NCBI GenBank assembly: GCA_051294375.1
Contig: CM119269.1
Location: 20,569,665-20,633,664, forward strand
Source: Paraspadella gotoi
Lineage: Eukaryota; Animalia; Chaetognatha
DNA: 64,000 nucleotides
Reading direction: 5' to 3'
A model generated the notes under the pieces. That model was not told the origin of the DNA and did no database searches. It worked only from the letters and a program-made list of their open reading frames with translations. This document shows, piece after piece, positions 50,832 through 64,000 of this stretch; position 1 is the first letter of the stretch; each line of letters opens with the position of its first letter. Made by a program: the position numbers and the translations under genes.

Positions 50832-52136
50832 GTAGTTATGAAAATTTAAAACGAATATTTCAAAATATCAAAGTTTTTCCTCATTTAATAAGTTTGCTTG
50901 GTAAGATTTAACTAAGTGATTGTGATAGTGAGATAGAGTGAGAGAGAGAAAACGAGTGAGAGAGAAAGAGAGAGAGAGAGAGAACGGGAAGAGATGTAAA
51001 GTACATTACGAGCCAGAAAAAATCTTATGAGCATTAGCAGCCTTTTCTCGTTGTTTCAATCGACATTTAAACGACTTGAAATTTTTAACTTTGAAGTTTG
51101 GCTTTCGAGTCCTTTAATTAATAGGTAATGTTAATAATACACCGCAGATTTTCGACGCTCTCAACTCCGATAACTTTCGGCACTATCAGCACCGATCCCC
51201 ACCGATCCCCACCGATCCCCACCGATCCCCACCGAATCCCCACCGATCCCCACACGACCCCCACTTCCGCCAGCCTCAGCACTGCCCCCAACTTTGGCGC
51301 TCTCAGCAACCGCCTTTCATCCGGCGCCGATGGCCATTTCTCGTCTGCCGACGACGGCGTTTTTGATTCTCGACCGATTTTCTCTAAATGTTTATGGTTT
51401 ATGTTTTGAAATAACCAAAAGAATAAAATCGTGAGGGACGGATGAATCGGTTTAAACTTTAAATTTTTTCTTCTCATTCTTTCAATCCTCATTTTAATTT
51501 ATTTTCATTTTACGTAGATATTATTGTCAAAAAATAAAGAAGAGTAACTTCATCAAGAAAAACGTAAAAGGATAAAGCGAAACTAAAGCATGTACGTTTT
51601 AATTTATCACGCTCGAGAAAGAGAGAGAGAAAAGAAGAGAGACGGGATTTTTCAAGGCGCGAGCATTTTCGATTTCTGCAAACGGAATTGAGAGAATTGC
51701 GTCAATTCACTTGCAGATTTTATTGAACTTTTTATGGAAGAACAATTCACTGATGCAAGATCGGATTTCATTCCGAATCAAATTTATATTCAAGTGGGGA
51801 ATCGACATTTATTTTTTAAAATAAGATTTAAAGGCTTTTAACCTAATCTAGTTTAAAAGGGCAATTTTATACCGAGAAAGTGTCTACTTTTATTCAATAG
51901 TTTTTTTGTAGATTTTGTTAGAAATTGTATTTATTTATATTAACTTTTAAACGCTTTTAGTTCCTGACGCGTTTCTAATCTTTCTGTAAAACGTTTAACC
52001 TCGTGAGAAATGGTTCCCTGATAACGTGATCCTTCAAGAGTAAAATTTACTGCGAATTTTCGTCTTTCGTTTCTCAGGAAGCAACATTTACTTGTGTCAT
52101 TAAAGCTGGAAAGTGATTCACCTCACGATTCTGACA

Positions 52137-52190
<54 letters not shown>

Positions 52191-52704
52191 GTATTTTATT
52201 ACTCGTATTTTTCTCTTCTCAATCTCCCCTCTTTCCTTCTCTTTGTCACTTTGTATTTCACTCTGCCTGAGGATGTCTTTCTCTTCCCACGCTTCTCCAT
52301 GAATTTTTTCGCGATCGCGTTTCCATGGAAACAACACAATAATCCCGAGGAGATGGGGTCATGGGTTAACTCTCCCCGGAGGGTCCATGGGTCAAATGAC
52401 TCGGAAAATATGCATGGGAAAGAGGGAGGGACGGAGGTAGGGAGAGAGATAGAGACTCCAATACCGAGCGAAGCCTTGCGACGAAACAGAGATGTGGGAT
52501 CGCGGTTGGGAACAGGGAACAAGTATAGCAAGCGATGCCAAAACGAGTTATGAAAAACACGGGAGTTTGAAAAAATTACACCTATTTTATAGTAAGTATT
52601 TTTAAAATATACATTAAAAATTCTTAAAAATTTGTAGAAATTTATGCATTTCAAACGAGAGATAGAGATTGAATTAAAACTAGAATTAAACATATGGATT
52701 GCGA

Positions 52705-52736
<32 letters not shown>

Positions 52737-53280
52737 TGCCAACGGCGCAGACAGAGAGACAGACAGTCAGAACTCGCAGAGTTTTACACCTCGTACAAAT
52801 TTCATGGCCCCTGTGTCACCTTCATAAATCAAACTTCCGGTAAACACGAGTTCAACCCGGACCCCAAACGGTCCTTCAGGGAGTTTAAAGGTGAAACTTC
52901 AAGGTCGTCTTCATGTTTTTTTTCTGTTTTTTTTAAGGGGTGGTGAAGGCGGGAAGGGGTAGCAGGGGGGGGGGGGTATTCGCCATGCTTAACCGACCGC
53001 CTCTAACCTAACTTGGACCGAAAACGATCGAAAGCCGTTTCCCATCTTCTTGCAGACTGACCATAAAGTAACACAGTTGTTACACTCATGTCTCAATGCA
53101 ATTATTTCCTGTGATTTCGTGCCATCGATTTTTTTTGGGGCCAATCGGAACATTTCGAAAACCGAAAGACTTTCTGCCAACGCAGAGACTAGTAGGGATC
53201 ATCTTGATTACGGACATTTTATGTTGTTGGATGACGATGATGATCATCATTTCAGTTTATTTTTCTCTCTCTCTCTCTCT

Positions 53281-53399
<119 letters not shown>

Positions 53400-53976
53400 A
53401 ATATAAATTTAAAAAAAAACTATTTTAAAATTTTTGCATTATATAAAAGTGTACTAAATAGAAAATAAGTTGACTGGGCTACTAAAATAGTCCAAAAAAA
53501 AAATAACTACAGATTAGTATTCACTAATAGGATAGTTTTTAAGAATGACTGCTAAATTTTTATTTCAAACTTTCTCTTCACAGCTCCAAGACGGGCTTTA
53601 CGACGCTTCGTGAAGCGGCGTCGTTAAAAGACACTTTGCGTCGCCGGATTTGACGTCAAATTGCCTCCGTCATTTCTCGTTGACCAAGCTGCAACGTATC
53701 GTCCTTTCATCTCCCTGTTATGATGTTTGTGGACGGCTGATCAATTTTTTGAACAGCTGGTCACAACCTCTTTTGGCTGCTTTGTAAGGCGTTTGTAGGG
53801 CGGCTTTCGTTGTTTGGTAGGTTGTTTTCCGCTGATCGGTTGATTGGTTGGGAGGTAAAGTTTGTTTTTTAGATGACCAGTTTTCGTTGCGCCGACGCCA
53901 CATCCCCGTGCATCATTATGGTTTAATCGTTTTCATCATTAACGGTGGCGTCGTCGTCGTCGTCGTCGTCGATGAA

Positions 53977-54018
<42 letters not shown>

Positions 54019-54129
54019 TTCCTCCCCACGGATATATTATTTCAAAGTTTATCCTTCAAAAATGCAAATATTTTTCGCCTTCTTTCATTAATTTCTTTTT
54101 AATTCCCTCATAATTTTATATATTCAAAA

Positions 54130-54176
<47 letters not shown>

Positions 54177-54812
54177 CTCAAAAGTTTTTGAGCGTTGGAA
54201 TATTTTGAGAGGAGAGACGTTCGTTTTACTTGTACTGCAAGAGAGAGAGAAGAAGAGAGATAAAGAGAGAGACGCTGACTAATAAAATAAATTCATACGT
54301 AAAACTACTACTTTGATCAAAGTCGTTAATCACCGAGAGGTTTCGCTCGGCCCTTTTTCTCTCTTTCACTATTTTATGTTGTCTTTGTTGTCGTTCGCCT
54401 TTTTTTAAATTATCGATTGTTGTTGTTTTCCTACAAGATTCTTGACTTCCGGTCGCGACGCCCAGTCGCCCTGGAGTAGGTTTTGCAAGGCAAGACGTCA
54501 AATGTCGGTACAAGAAAAATTTATTGTTTGCTCACAAAATGTGAAATCGATTGAAAAAAAAACCGTGAATTTTAAAAATCTCTTCGAGATTTTAAAGAAA
54601 TCAATGAAGAGAAGAAAAGGAGAAATTTCGTGGACGAGCAACTTACCTTTCGGGGGAAAAATGGAGAAAAGATGAGAACCGAAAAATGAGGAAGAAAGAA
54701 AAAGATTAAGATGGGCTTTTTTAGCGACGGGGGAACAGCTGAGATTCGCGCTGGAAAAAAAGGAAGGAAATATTGAAAGAATAAAATGGAAGGTAGAGGG
54801 AAAGGAAGATAG

Positions 54813-55029
54813 TATGGTGGACTAAAATCCACTAACCTTTCATCAGCGGCCATTGTTGCCGGAGGCAAGTCATTCGCCTCCCAACCCAAAGGTCCGGAGT
54901 TCTAGCCCGGTGGTCGTCCTAGCAGTTAAGAGGGACGGGCCACGGTGTTACAGTCTGATCCGAAGCTCAGGGACTGCTTATATTAAATGGTTCTGTCACT
55001 AACACATAACAATAATCACTGTCTCTTCA
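54813..55029 (+). mobile_element. Duplicate of the solo LTR
   Basis: Matches 45999-46214. Confidence 0.8.
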
Positions 55030-57461
55030 ACAGAAAAAAAAATAAAAAGATGCTTGAGGGGAAAATAGTTTGAAGGAGAAGATGAATGAAGGAAAGTCTA
55101 AATTTGAAAATGAAGACGATAATGAAGAGGAATGACAATTCTTATGGATGAAAAATGCTCTTCGAGTCTCAGAGGGAGAAAGAAGGAGAAATAATATTAT
55201 GAAAATATAAAGCCTCGCCCATCTTTCTCTCTCGGTCAAATTATGAGACCGGTCATTTAGAGTGCCTTTAGTAGACTTTTTTAAGGTCAATGTTATCTTT
55301 ATTCTGACTTTTTAATACATTTTTCATTCACTATCGAATCATGTAACCGTCGGCAAGTTAGAATTTAAGTTTCTACTTGTTTTTGATAATGTGAATTAGA
55401 ATAAAAGAATAATTGTACAAAAACTCACGTTGAACGGGCGGTACCCAAAAGGCATGGAAAATTTAAATACATTTTCTACAAATGTTAAGACAAGTTAAAA
55501 CTCGACGTGATTCGTTTCGATTCAATAGAATTCCAACGCAAAGAAAAAGCAAAGGTTGAATCCCTCTTTTCATCACGCCTCCTTTTTTCCAACGCAAAAA
55601 GAAAAACGGAATAGAGGCGAGAAAGACCTAATGTGAATCGCGCCTTTGGAATCAGTCAGTTGAGTGTCTCACGTGATTCATTCACGTCCGCCTCGCATTT
55701 CCTCTCTTTTTTTGTTTATTGCGCTGTCCTCCTCTTAACGGTTATAGCCTCGTCCGTCAACGTCGACGACGCATCATTTTTTCTATATTCTTTTCATTTT
55801 TTTTCCTTCTTTTTCTTTATCGTTCTCATTCTTTCCATTCCATTCTTTTCGAAATTCAATTTTGAACATTTTTTTTTCTTTTCGTTAGCTCATTTTCATT
55901 GACCCTTCAGGGTCTTTTCATTCCTAATTCTCTCATATTTTTTCTCTTTTTATTTTTCGTTGTTTTTATAGAGTTCATTTTCATTGAGGTGGTCTCTCTT
56001 TCCCTCTCTTTCTCTAATACTCTTTCTCTCTCTAATACTCTTTGACTCGGTTCATGTAAAATTTCTAGTCACGGATTCGACCTCGGGCGAACTTCGCCGT
56101 CGCCTTCAAAAAAGAAGAGATTCTTGAGGCAAATCCGTGGGCGGACTTAAATATTTAACTCGCGTCCTACTACATGATACTTCTTAATCTTTTGATTAAC
56201 GTTTACGTACAATTGTACATGTCTATTTCTTATATTTCAATCAATGCAGTAACGTGTTACTGTATTTTTAATAATTCCAGTATATCATTCGATATTATTA
56301 TCAACTCGATTATTTTTTTTTTCTTCAGTTGGCAGAACCATGAAATATTGATAGGAGGAAAAAAAAATAAAATCCATCTCCTACAATTCTTTTTATTTTC
56401 TGGAAAATAGAAAGAAAGAAAAACGATGATTTATCGATGTCGTCGTTTCCGTTGTTGTTGTTGTCGTTTCACGTTCCATAATTACCATATTTATCTCGGC
56501 TGACGAGTCTATTTATTATCGGTCGTGTCATTAACTTTTAAACAAATTGAACGCTGACTTTTTTTTTTTTAGTTTTGAATTTCTAATTCAATTTCCTTTT
56601 CGGTTTTAATTATTTTCTACTCATATTCCCAGTATTATTTTTTTTCTCTGTTAAGCATTGGAATACTTTCGTATTTGTTTTCCCCATTTCTGTTTACAGT
56701 TTCTCATTTTTATCTCGAACTTATTTCCCCCCCCCCAAAAAAAAAGGAATTTAACTGCTTCCTGGGAAAGAATCTTATTCAGTCCCGAAGGTCAAGCGTA
56801 ACGCTACGTGCAACCGGAGAGCCGTACGTGATATCTTCAGAATTCGTGATGAAGTGAACACTATTGTGTAATCAACAGTATAAAAATCAGAAATTCAGTG
56901 CATGCGATAGTGAGCTTGTCGATCGAGATTTAATATTTCGACTATCAGACAAAATCGAGAATAAAATCTGAATTTAGATCATATACTAAGATGAAAATAT
57001 ATAATTTACAATTTCGGTAGGCAGAATTTAGCCACAATATTAAGCAGCTTAATGATTTTAATTTATAAAAATTGATCAAGTATCTCTCTCTTTTCGGGCG
57101 ACGACCCTCATTGCATTATTGAACAATGGACACATCCTTTAAATAAAATGAAGGCAGAATTAATTAGAGCGGCCGATAATAGTTTTGTTCGGTCGGCATT
57201 TTTTTTTAAGCATTACGAAGACGAATAAGCTAATTTTTTCTCGTTGTTTTAATCAAGATATGAACGAGTTTCTAGATTTCAAGTTTGGACTTTCGAGTCT
57301 TGATTCAGACGAAAAATGGAAACAAGATTGAAAAAAAAAGTATTAGCGTAATATTTTTTTTTCTTCTTTCGATTGCTGTTTTATGTCTTCCACTTTAGTC
57401 TTTCGGAATTTGAAAGCCTCCTTTCATCACCACCACAGGTTGACTTCAATTCCCGATCACC

Positions 57462-59697
57462 ATGAATAAGACGAAGACGCCTAAATCTCTCTCCAAAGCC
57501 CACAAGTCGCACCGGCCGACGCTGGAGTCGGTCGTCGACGGCCTCTTCGCCGATCACGTGACTTGGATGGCGACGCCGAGCTCCGTCGTTCTTCTAATCC
57601 TTGCTTACGCCATCATGAGGTTTTGCTTCGGACATTATTGGTGTTGCTGTTATTTATTTTTTTTTTTTTTTCGGGTTTTTTTTTTAATCTTTTTTTCTGC
57701 TTTCGAAATCAATAAATAAAAATTTGGCATATCTAATACAAATGTGACTTACAGGGACCTGCTATGTCATTATCTCGTAAGAGTGATGGAAGCCTTAAAC
57801 CACCAAAGACTGTCCAAAGTCAGGGGCAAGATAGCTTATTTATGAAATGAATGGATAATTTATATATTGGTTGTACCTATTTCATAATATGGGGTAATGC
57901 AAAAATGAAAAAAAACCCAAAAAAAAAACAGAAGAACAATTTATTTTTTAAAATACAAATGTTTGTACACATGTTTACAGGTACGTGACTGATCCACTAA
58001 TCGAATTTTGATTCCGTTTGATTTCAAAATCTCCTTCTTTCCATGCCAACAGTTTTGCCGAGTCTCACCCCCCGACGGAGTGGGCTTACCCGCTGGCGCT
58101 GTGGATTCCTCCAGCGACCTTTCACCTTCTCTTCGCCACTGCCTTTTTGATTCTTGATCACGTGACGATGGAAGAGGTCGTCTGAAATGCAGACTTCGAA
58201 GTTCATTTGCCTCGTAGTACATCGTTATGATACGTACATTTTAAAATTACCAAACTGCGGGGGACGATGCCGCTATCAGTTACATCAGTTATCAGTTATC
58301 AGTTATCAGTTATCAGTTATCAGTTATCAGTTACATCAGTTACAGAACTTCGGATCTGACAATAGCACAATAAACTGTTGACTGGGTTAGTCGGCCCGTT
58401 CTGCTTTTTTTTTTGTGTGTGTGTGTGTGAATCAACCGGGCGCGGACCCCAGCGGCATAGGTGTTGCTGTGAATCGGACAAGTTACTAGTTACAAGCGCC
58501 ACATAATTCCATGTAACAACCTCAGGGCAAACGATTCAAGACCCGCAGTCGAGTAGCGATCGGGAAAATGATCGTCGTCGTTTTGAGGAACCTCTTCTTC
58601 AGCGTCGCGAGTGGAATAATGATCACTCGACAGGTCGGTCCTCCTGTTTTTGTAATTTTAATAGTTTACTTTTGAGGTTGTGCGATTGTTTGTAGAATAA
58701 TCCATAGCAAATCGTTTTCCATCCTCTTACATTTCATAAAAAGGCAACGCCCAATGTGACCACAAATGGAGATTCGATGCTGTGGATGGGATTTTCGATC
58801 TTTGTCCAAAGTTTCATTTTCGAGGTAAAAACAAATTTGAATTAAAATTTGAATTGAAATAAAAATATTGAGCTTAATACAAAAACAAAATATTTGGTCT
58901 CTTTCCTTGTTTGATGTTTAATGATTATTATAGATGGAAAAAAAATATTTCCTAATTAAAAAGCATACATGAGTTTCTTCTATGACCAATTGTGCTCAGG
59001 TGATGTTTTGGACTGGACATTTCTTCGAACATGTTTCTCCCAAGTTGTACAAAAGCGTCCACTTGCTTCATCATACAACAAAGGCGGACGTCGGCTTTTC
59101 TGGTAACATCTTAGATTCAATTTTCGATTGATTTTATCGGTCCATCGTTAATTATTTTTGATTTAGCGAATTGATTCATTTTAAGTTTAATTTAATTTAA
59201 TTAATAAAAAGATTGTAACGAATCCTGGTTAAGCTTCACCATTGAAAGAAAAGCCATATTCTCCCCCCCTCCATATTCACTTTTCAGGTTATTACATGAC
59301 GCTGTTGGATTTTTGTTTAGAATCCCTGTTTCCACTGTGGGTGTGCCAAGCAGCTGCCATCAGGTGGAACCTGTCGACCGTCGCCCTGCTGCAGACCAAC
59401 TTGCTGCATTTCATCTATGCTCCGGTTTTGCACAGGTAAAGAAAAATTGTTTCTCTAGCATACTGCTTTAGTGTTTATAGCAAAACCAACTACAATTTCA
59501 AAACTTTCTACACAACCTTACTTCCACACTAAAGTGGATGGCAAGTGCCTGGGTTCCCCGATCCGCTCCAGCACTGGCTCCATCACGTGCGCATCGCTCC
59601 AAAAGGCAAAGGAGTCAACTACGGTACTCACTTTGATCTCTTAGATCGAATCCTGCGGACAAACGCGGACGAGGCGGAAGCTGAGAAAGTCAAATGA
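57462..59697 (+). CDS. Fatty acid hydroxylase / sterol desaturase superfamily membrane di-iron enzyme
   Basis: Exons 57462-57619, 58053-~58233 (frame problem near its 3' end), 58549-58633, 58744-58824, 59000-59102, 59288-59435, 59535-59697. His boxes HFFEH, HLLHH, HSGW, HWLHH, followed by NYG and LDRILRT. Confidence 0.85.
57748..57888. repeat. Inverted copy of the 2014-2153 repeat (intronic)
   Basis: Reverse-complement match. Confidence 0.8.
58277..58343. repeat. 7-bp tandem repeat (cagttat)n
   Basis: Direct observation. Confidence 0.9.
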
Positions 59698-60851
59698 AGT
59701 TGAACAAAAAAAAGGCGAAGACTAAAATAGTAAAATGATATTGCAAATATTAATTTAACTCTCAGTCGTAATGAACGATGACCTCGGCATTTAAAAAATG
59801 GAGACGTCAAGAATAAGTTGTTGCAGAATAAGTTGACGCCAGTATTTGACTGTATTTGTAAAAACGAATGTTTTTTTTTTAGTTTCTATATTATCGGAGT
59901 ATTTTTGGATTTTGCTCACGTCGAAGGAAAAAAGTTTAAATAATATTTTCTTTTTATTTCTTCTTTTGTGCTTTTTTTTTAACGGAGCGGTCAATTCGCT
60001 TAGTTGTTTACTACTCTCAGTCATTAAATAAAGCAATCGGGGGGTGGCTGTTGCTGTTTGGCGCTTGCATACAAACGATGTAAAAGATACGTCTGTTGTC
60101 GTCTAACTTACGAGAGATTAAAGTCACGCAGTTTTTTAGTCATTTGTCTTCGAACGTAGTTTTTTCAACAAGGAATAAAAATGACCATAGCGGCGACAAA
60201 TGTTTCAAAAAGAGAGTTTTTTCCCGCTCGTAAAGGTTTAATGTCGGCGCCGATAGATGGAGCGCTTAAAATGCAAAAGAGCAAAAGAAGCGATTAAATT
60301 TCAAACGCGTTCGCAAAGACGAAAAGACAGAAAAAAAAATTACAGAAAAAAAGGAGGAGGAAAAAATCTAAGTCTTGACGCAATCTCTTCTTGCAGGGAA
60401 TCGTCTCGCAATGAATAAATCATTTCTCGAAGTTCTTTTGTTTGTTTCCTAGATATTTCCTCTCTATCTTTCCAGATGTCAGGTCGCTTTTTGTCGGAAG
60501 AAGCCATTGTTGAGATGATGAGGACGATGATGAAAACGGAATAGAAATTGCCGAGCTAATTCTGGTTTTGCCCCCTTCGCTCGCTGAGTGGCTCCGGTTT
60601 TTTTTAACATATTCAGTTGGTCGACGCCCTTTGAATTTAGGGATTGTTTATGGAGAATAGGTCAGATTTTCACTGACCGACCAACTGATGGATCGACAAA
60701 TCGTCAAGGGACCAGAGTGGTTGAGTGATTAGTCCACCCTTGTTAATATAAACTTAACGTAGTCACGAAATAACTTTTCGCCTCTCTCGTTCTCTGTTTC
60801 TCTCTCTGTCTTTCTTTCTTTTTTCTTTCTTTCTTCCTTTCCTTTTTATTT

Positions 60852-60913
<62 letters not shown>

Positions 60914-61855
60914 GTTCACGATTGTACGAATACGGAAAGAATGGAAATTAGAATCCCCGGTGATAAAGCAAAAGACGAAATGGCCCAATGGAATAGTCCT
61001 ACTGCTAGGTAGGACCACGCAGTGCAATGGACACCAAGCGGTGCAAAAGTGGTCTAATGGCGCAATGGAGGCCCACATGGCGCCCCGGGGGAAAATTTCC
61101 ATTTGTCATCTGGAACGAAATTTCCCCGGGGCGAAAGAGAAACAGGAAAGGAAAAAGGGGGATGATAAAACAGGGAATGTCGAGTAGAAAATACTTTATG
61201 ATCGTTGTTGACTGTTATGGGTCGAACTTTGTGTCTTAGCACGTCTGTTTATGTGCAATTGTGAATTCTTTTTTTTTTTCTTTTTTCGTTGCGTATATTC
61301 GAAAGGAAAACCTAAATATCCGATAAGTTTCGCAAAGTAAAGAATACAACGACATCAAAAACAATAGCAAAAATTAAAAATATTGATTAAGATAGCAACA
61401 GAAGCTCATTTAGAATAAAACTTTCTTTTATATCGTTTCAGAATACTACCTTTACCGGGTCATTGAACCCTTCCTCCTCGACCCATCACCGAGTTAAGTT
61501 GGTCGAAAATGGCAATTTTGGCGTCGTGTGCAGCTGTGATATTTCATCGCGACCTCACCTCCCCATGGCGAATGTCAAGGAAGAAATTTCGCAATTTGCA
61601 GCGATGGTTTCGCGTCAGACCGGAAGCTTCATTTTACGGTCCAGCTTCTAAAAGCGTCGTGTTGACTGCAATCTAGACGCTTTAAGCTTTTTTTACTACT
61701 TTAGAAAAAGCTTTTATCGTTCTTAAAGGGAAAAGAAATTCTAAGAAAAACACCCAAGTTAAACTTTAATTAAAAAAAAAAAGAATAGTCAAAGAAAAGA
61801 AAAGAGAGAAAGCGAAGCGTCTGCAACAAGAACGTGGACGCCAACGGCGTCGACA

Positions 61856-62594
61856 ATGTGGAGATCTCTCTTCGCCCTCTCGATCCTTGTCGCCATCTTC
61901 GGCGGAGGCGGCGGCGAGGATATTAACCACTGCGAGTCCAATGAGTTCTGCCGAATGCAGCAACTGACCGGTCTCAAAATGGAGAACCAAGGTCAAACCT
62001 ACCTGTTCCCCAACACCACATACATGGGAGACGGATGTTGCTCCATCACGTTTAGAGGTGAGCAGAGGGATCCAGATAATTAAGTCAGTCTGAGGACTTG
62101 GGGACTGAGCTCTTTTCCAAGCCAAGCTGAATAGAATTGTGAAAAGATAAATCCTTGATATTCCTGGAAGAAACTTTTTTGAGTTGAATGGATAATGAAT
62201 ATTCTGCGCAGACCTCGCTGTAAAAGGTTTCATAATGCGAGAAAGCGTCGTTACGATGCTGGATGTTTCAAATGACTATTCTTCTATTATTTATGATCTC
62301 GACATTACAATTTTCTTTTCAGACAACAGCGTCCAAAAAATGTGCCTTTTGTGCCGGTTATGTCGCGAAGACGTCTTGAACGCCTTTATGAACACCGTCG
62401 TCGCAGCCAGATGCCTAGGACAACCCTCTGAAAAATCAAGTAGGAATATTCACATTCAGTATTATCTGTTTCGTTATCCGAGACCGTCTGTGCTTTCGGT
62501 AGCGCTCCAAGTACTCTATCAAGCCACTCTAGACATCAGTCACTTTACGATCGTTTAAAACGGCTAATACCGCATTGTTTAATGTTTAGGATAA
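61856..62594 (+). CDS. Small secreted Cys-rich protein of unknown family
   Basis: Exon 61856-62057 has signal peptide MWRSLFALSILVAIFGGGGG then EDINHCESNEFCRMQQ...GDGCCSITFR and a GTGAG donor. Phase-1 exon 62323-62440 reads DNSVQKMCLLCRLCREDVLNAFMNTVVAARCLGQ. Last exon uncertain. Confidence 0.65.
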
Positions 62595-62919
62595 CACTTG
62601 GCCGAAATGTTGTGTACCCTGACGGTCTGAGACGCTTTATGTGCATATGCTTCATACCGTGTTTCATATGTTTTATATATTTTGAATGTGGAAATGCGAT
62701 CACATGACTAGGAAGTCAATGCTTTGTAACTCTTGTCATAATAAATCAACATAATGAATAATTTGCTAAAAGGTAAGGTGTCATTCAATGTGACAAGTGA
62801 TTATGTTTATTGTTTCAACACATAAAAATACAGTCACGACATCAAAAAGTTTATGCAGTATATAGTTCGAGTAATTCTTGGTTATTTCAGTAAATTCTTT
62901 ACAAATAAGTGATTAACCA

Positions 62920-62937
62920 ATAATAATAATAATAATA

Positions 62938-62999
<62 letters not shown>

Positions 63000-63015
63000 T
63001 ATAACAATAATAATA
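62920..63015. repeat. (AAT)n microsatellite
   Basis: Direct observation. Confidence 0.95.
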
Positions 63016-63870
63016 ACCATAAGATTAGGAGTCTACGTCGTTCTTAGAAATCGAGGAAGACTTTTCCAATGGAGATTTTCGTTAAAATCTGACTACCAAA
63101 TAATGTCAACGCCCCTGAGAAAAATTCAGGTAAAAAATAGATGTAAAAACACTCGATTCCGATCCTGTTACATCTGAACTCTGAAGGGCTCGCATTTTTT
63201 TTCTCTTGACAAATAACCATCATTTTGACATCAAACCATCCAATTCAAATGGACTGGTACGCTTGGGAAAATATTTTTGACGCAATTTTTATATATAAAA
63301 TAAAGGGATTTCTCAACTTCAATACAATGTCAACGCATTTAAGGCATGTTGTCATTTTACAATAAACTTTGAATTCAGGAATCCGATAGCCATATATCTG
63401 AAGGGCTCTTAAAATTTTTCTTTACATTTTATTTGGTTATTTTAATATGATACGATCATGGTAAAGTGAATTAGTCCATTTTGGTGAAATTTTTATTTAA
63501 AGTAAAAGTAAAAGAGGAGCTAACGATCGGAATTCTAAGAGTTTTCAACCAGGAGTCAGATTCGGGAAAAATCTTCTATGGCGAAAATCTTCCACAGAAG
63601 GGGTGGATTTTCCGAATATTTTAGTTAATATTTTCTATATTTATGGTCGGATTTTTTTGAAACTTAACAATAGCAATATTGCCATCATTCTACATTGGCC
63701 GGTAAAAGAATATATTAAAAAAACCTCTGACTTTTTTCGTCAGAGCTTAGTCCTAATAAGATGCTTATTGTGCATATGTTTCATTCATCTCGTGATCATC
63801 TGCAATGCATCTCCTAAAGAGAGAGTCACTGCGGCTCAACTCATTCAGTTTTGCTTCTTTTTTATTGAAG

Positions 63871-64000
63871 GCAATGAATCGGAGCCGGAACCCCAACCGG
63901 AACCCCAACCGAGGGGAGAAGAATCGACGAACAACTGCTTCTCGGAAAGATTCTGCCGACAACGTGGAAGAGTCTCGGTCAGCATCGAATACAAAGGGAC
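63871..64000 (+). CDS. Partial exon of a paralog of the 61856 Cys-rich secreted protein
   Basis: After a polypyrimidine-AAG acceptor: NESEPEPQPEPQPRGEESTNNCFSERFCRQRGRVSVSIEYKG, which aligns with GEDINHCESNEFCRMQQLTGLKMENQG. Hydrophobic Cys-rich segment in the same frame at ~63762-63810. Confidence 0.55.

Noticed and set aside
63765-63962. Minus-strand ORF containing FSPRLG (pyrokinin-like)
   Set aside because: No basic cleavage site after the Gly; the plus strand encodes a convincing paralog of the 61856 protein.

Overview
AT-rich, microsatellite-laden, intron-containing invertebrate animal DNA from an error-prone, gapped long-read assembly. Genes reconstructed by hand from splice sites: (1) an ER-lumenal JmjC/cupin 2OG-Fe(II) oxygenase (signal peptide, HxD...H triad, EF-hand, C-terminal KEEL; 3318-6799), flanked on both sides by paralogous small secreted precursors of Arg-rich peptides (2704-3079, disrupted; 7187-7543, intact, predicted AIWSRRRRRNS-amide); (2) a D2-like dopamine receptor (24087-34758); (3) tandem SLC35G/EamA transporters; (4) a fatty-acid-hydroxylase/sterol-desaturase superfamily gene (57462-59697); (5) two paralogous Cys-rich secreted proteins at the right end. 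There is also a miniature LTR retrotransposon (TRIM) whose LTRs contain a tRNA-like Pol III module (Helenus-like), with solo LTRs. Much of the window is probably assembly artefact: a ~6.5 kb-arm fold-back (centre ~10430), noise-like sequence at 17064-18254, a gap-flank duplication, and a ~8.7 kb tandem duplication. Best novelty candidates are the peptide-JmjC-peptide cluster (possible animal peptide-modification cluster) and the structured tRNA-bearing TRIM.
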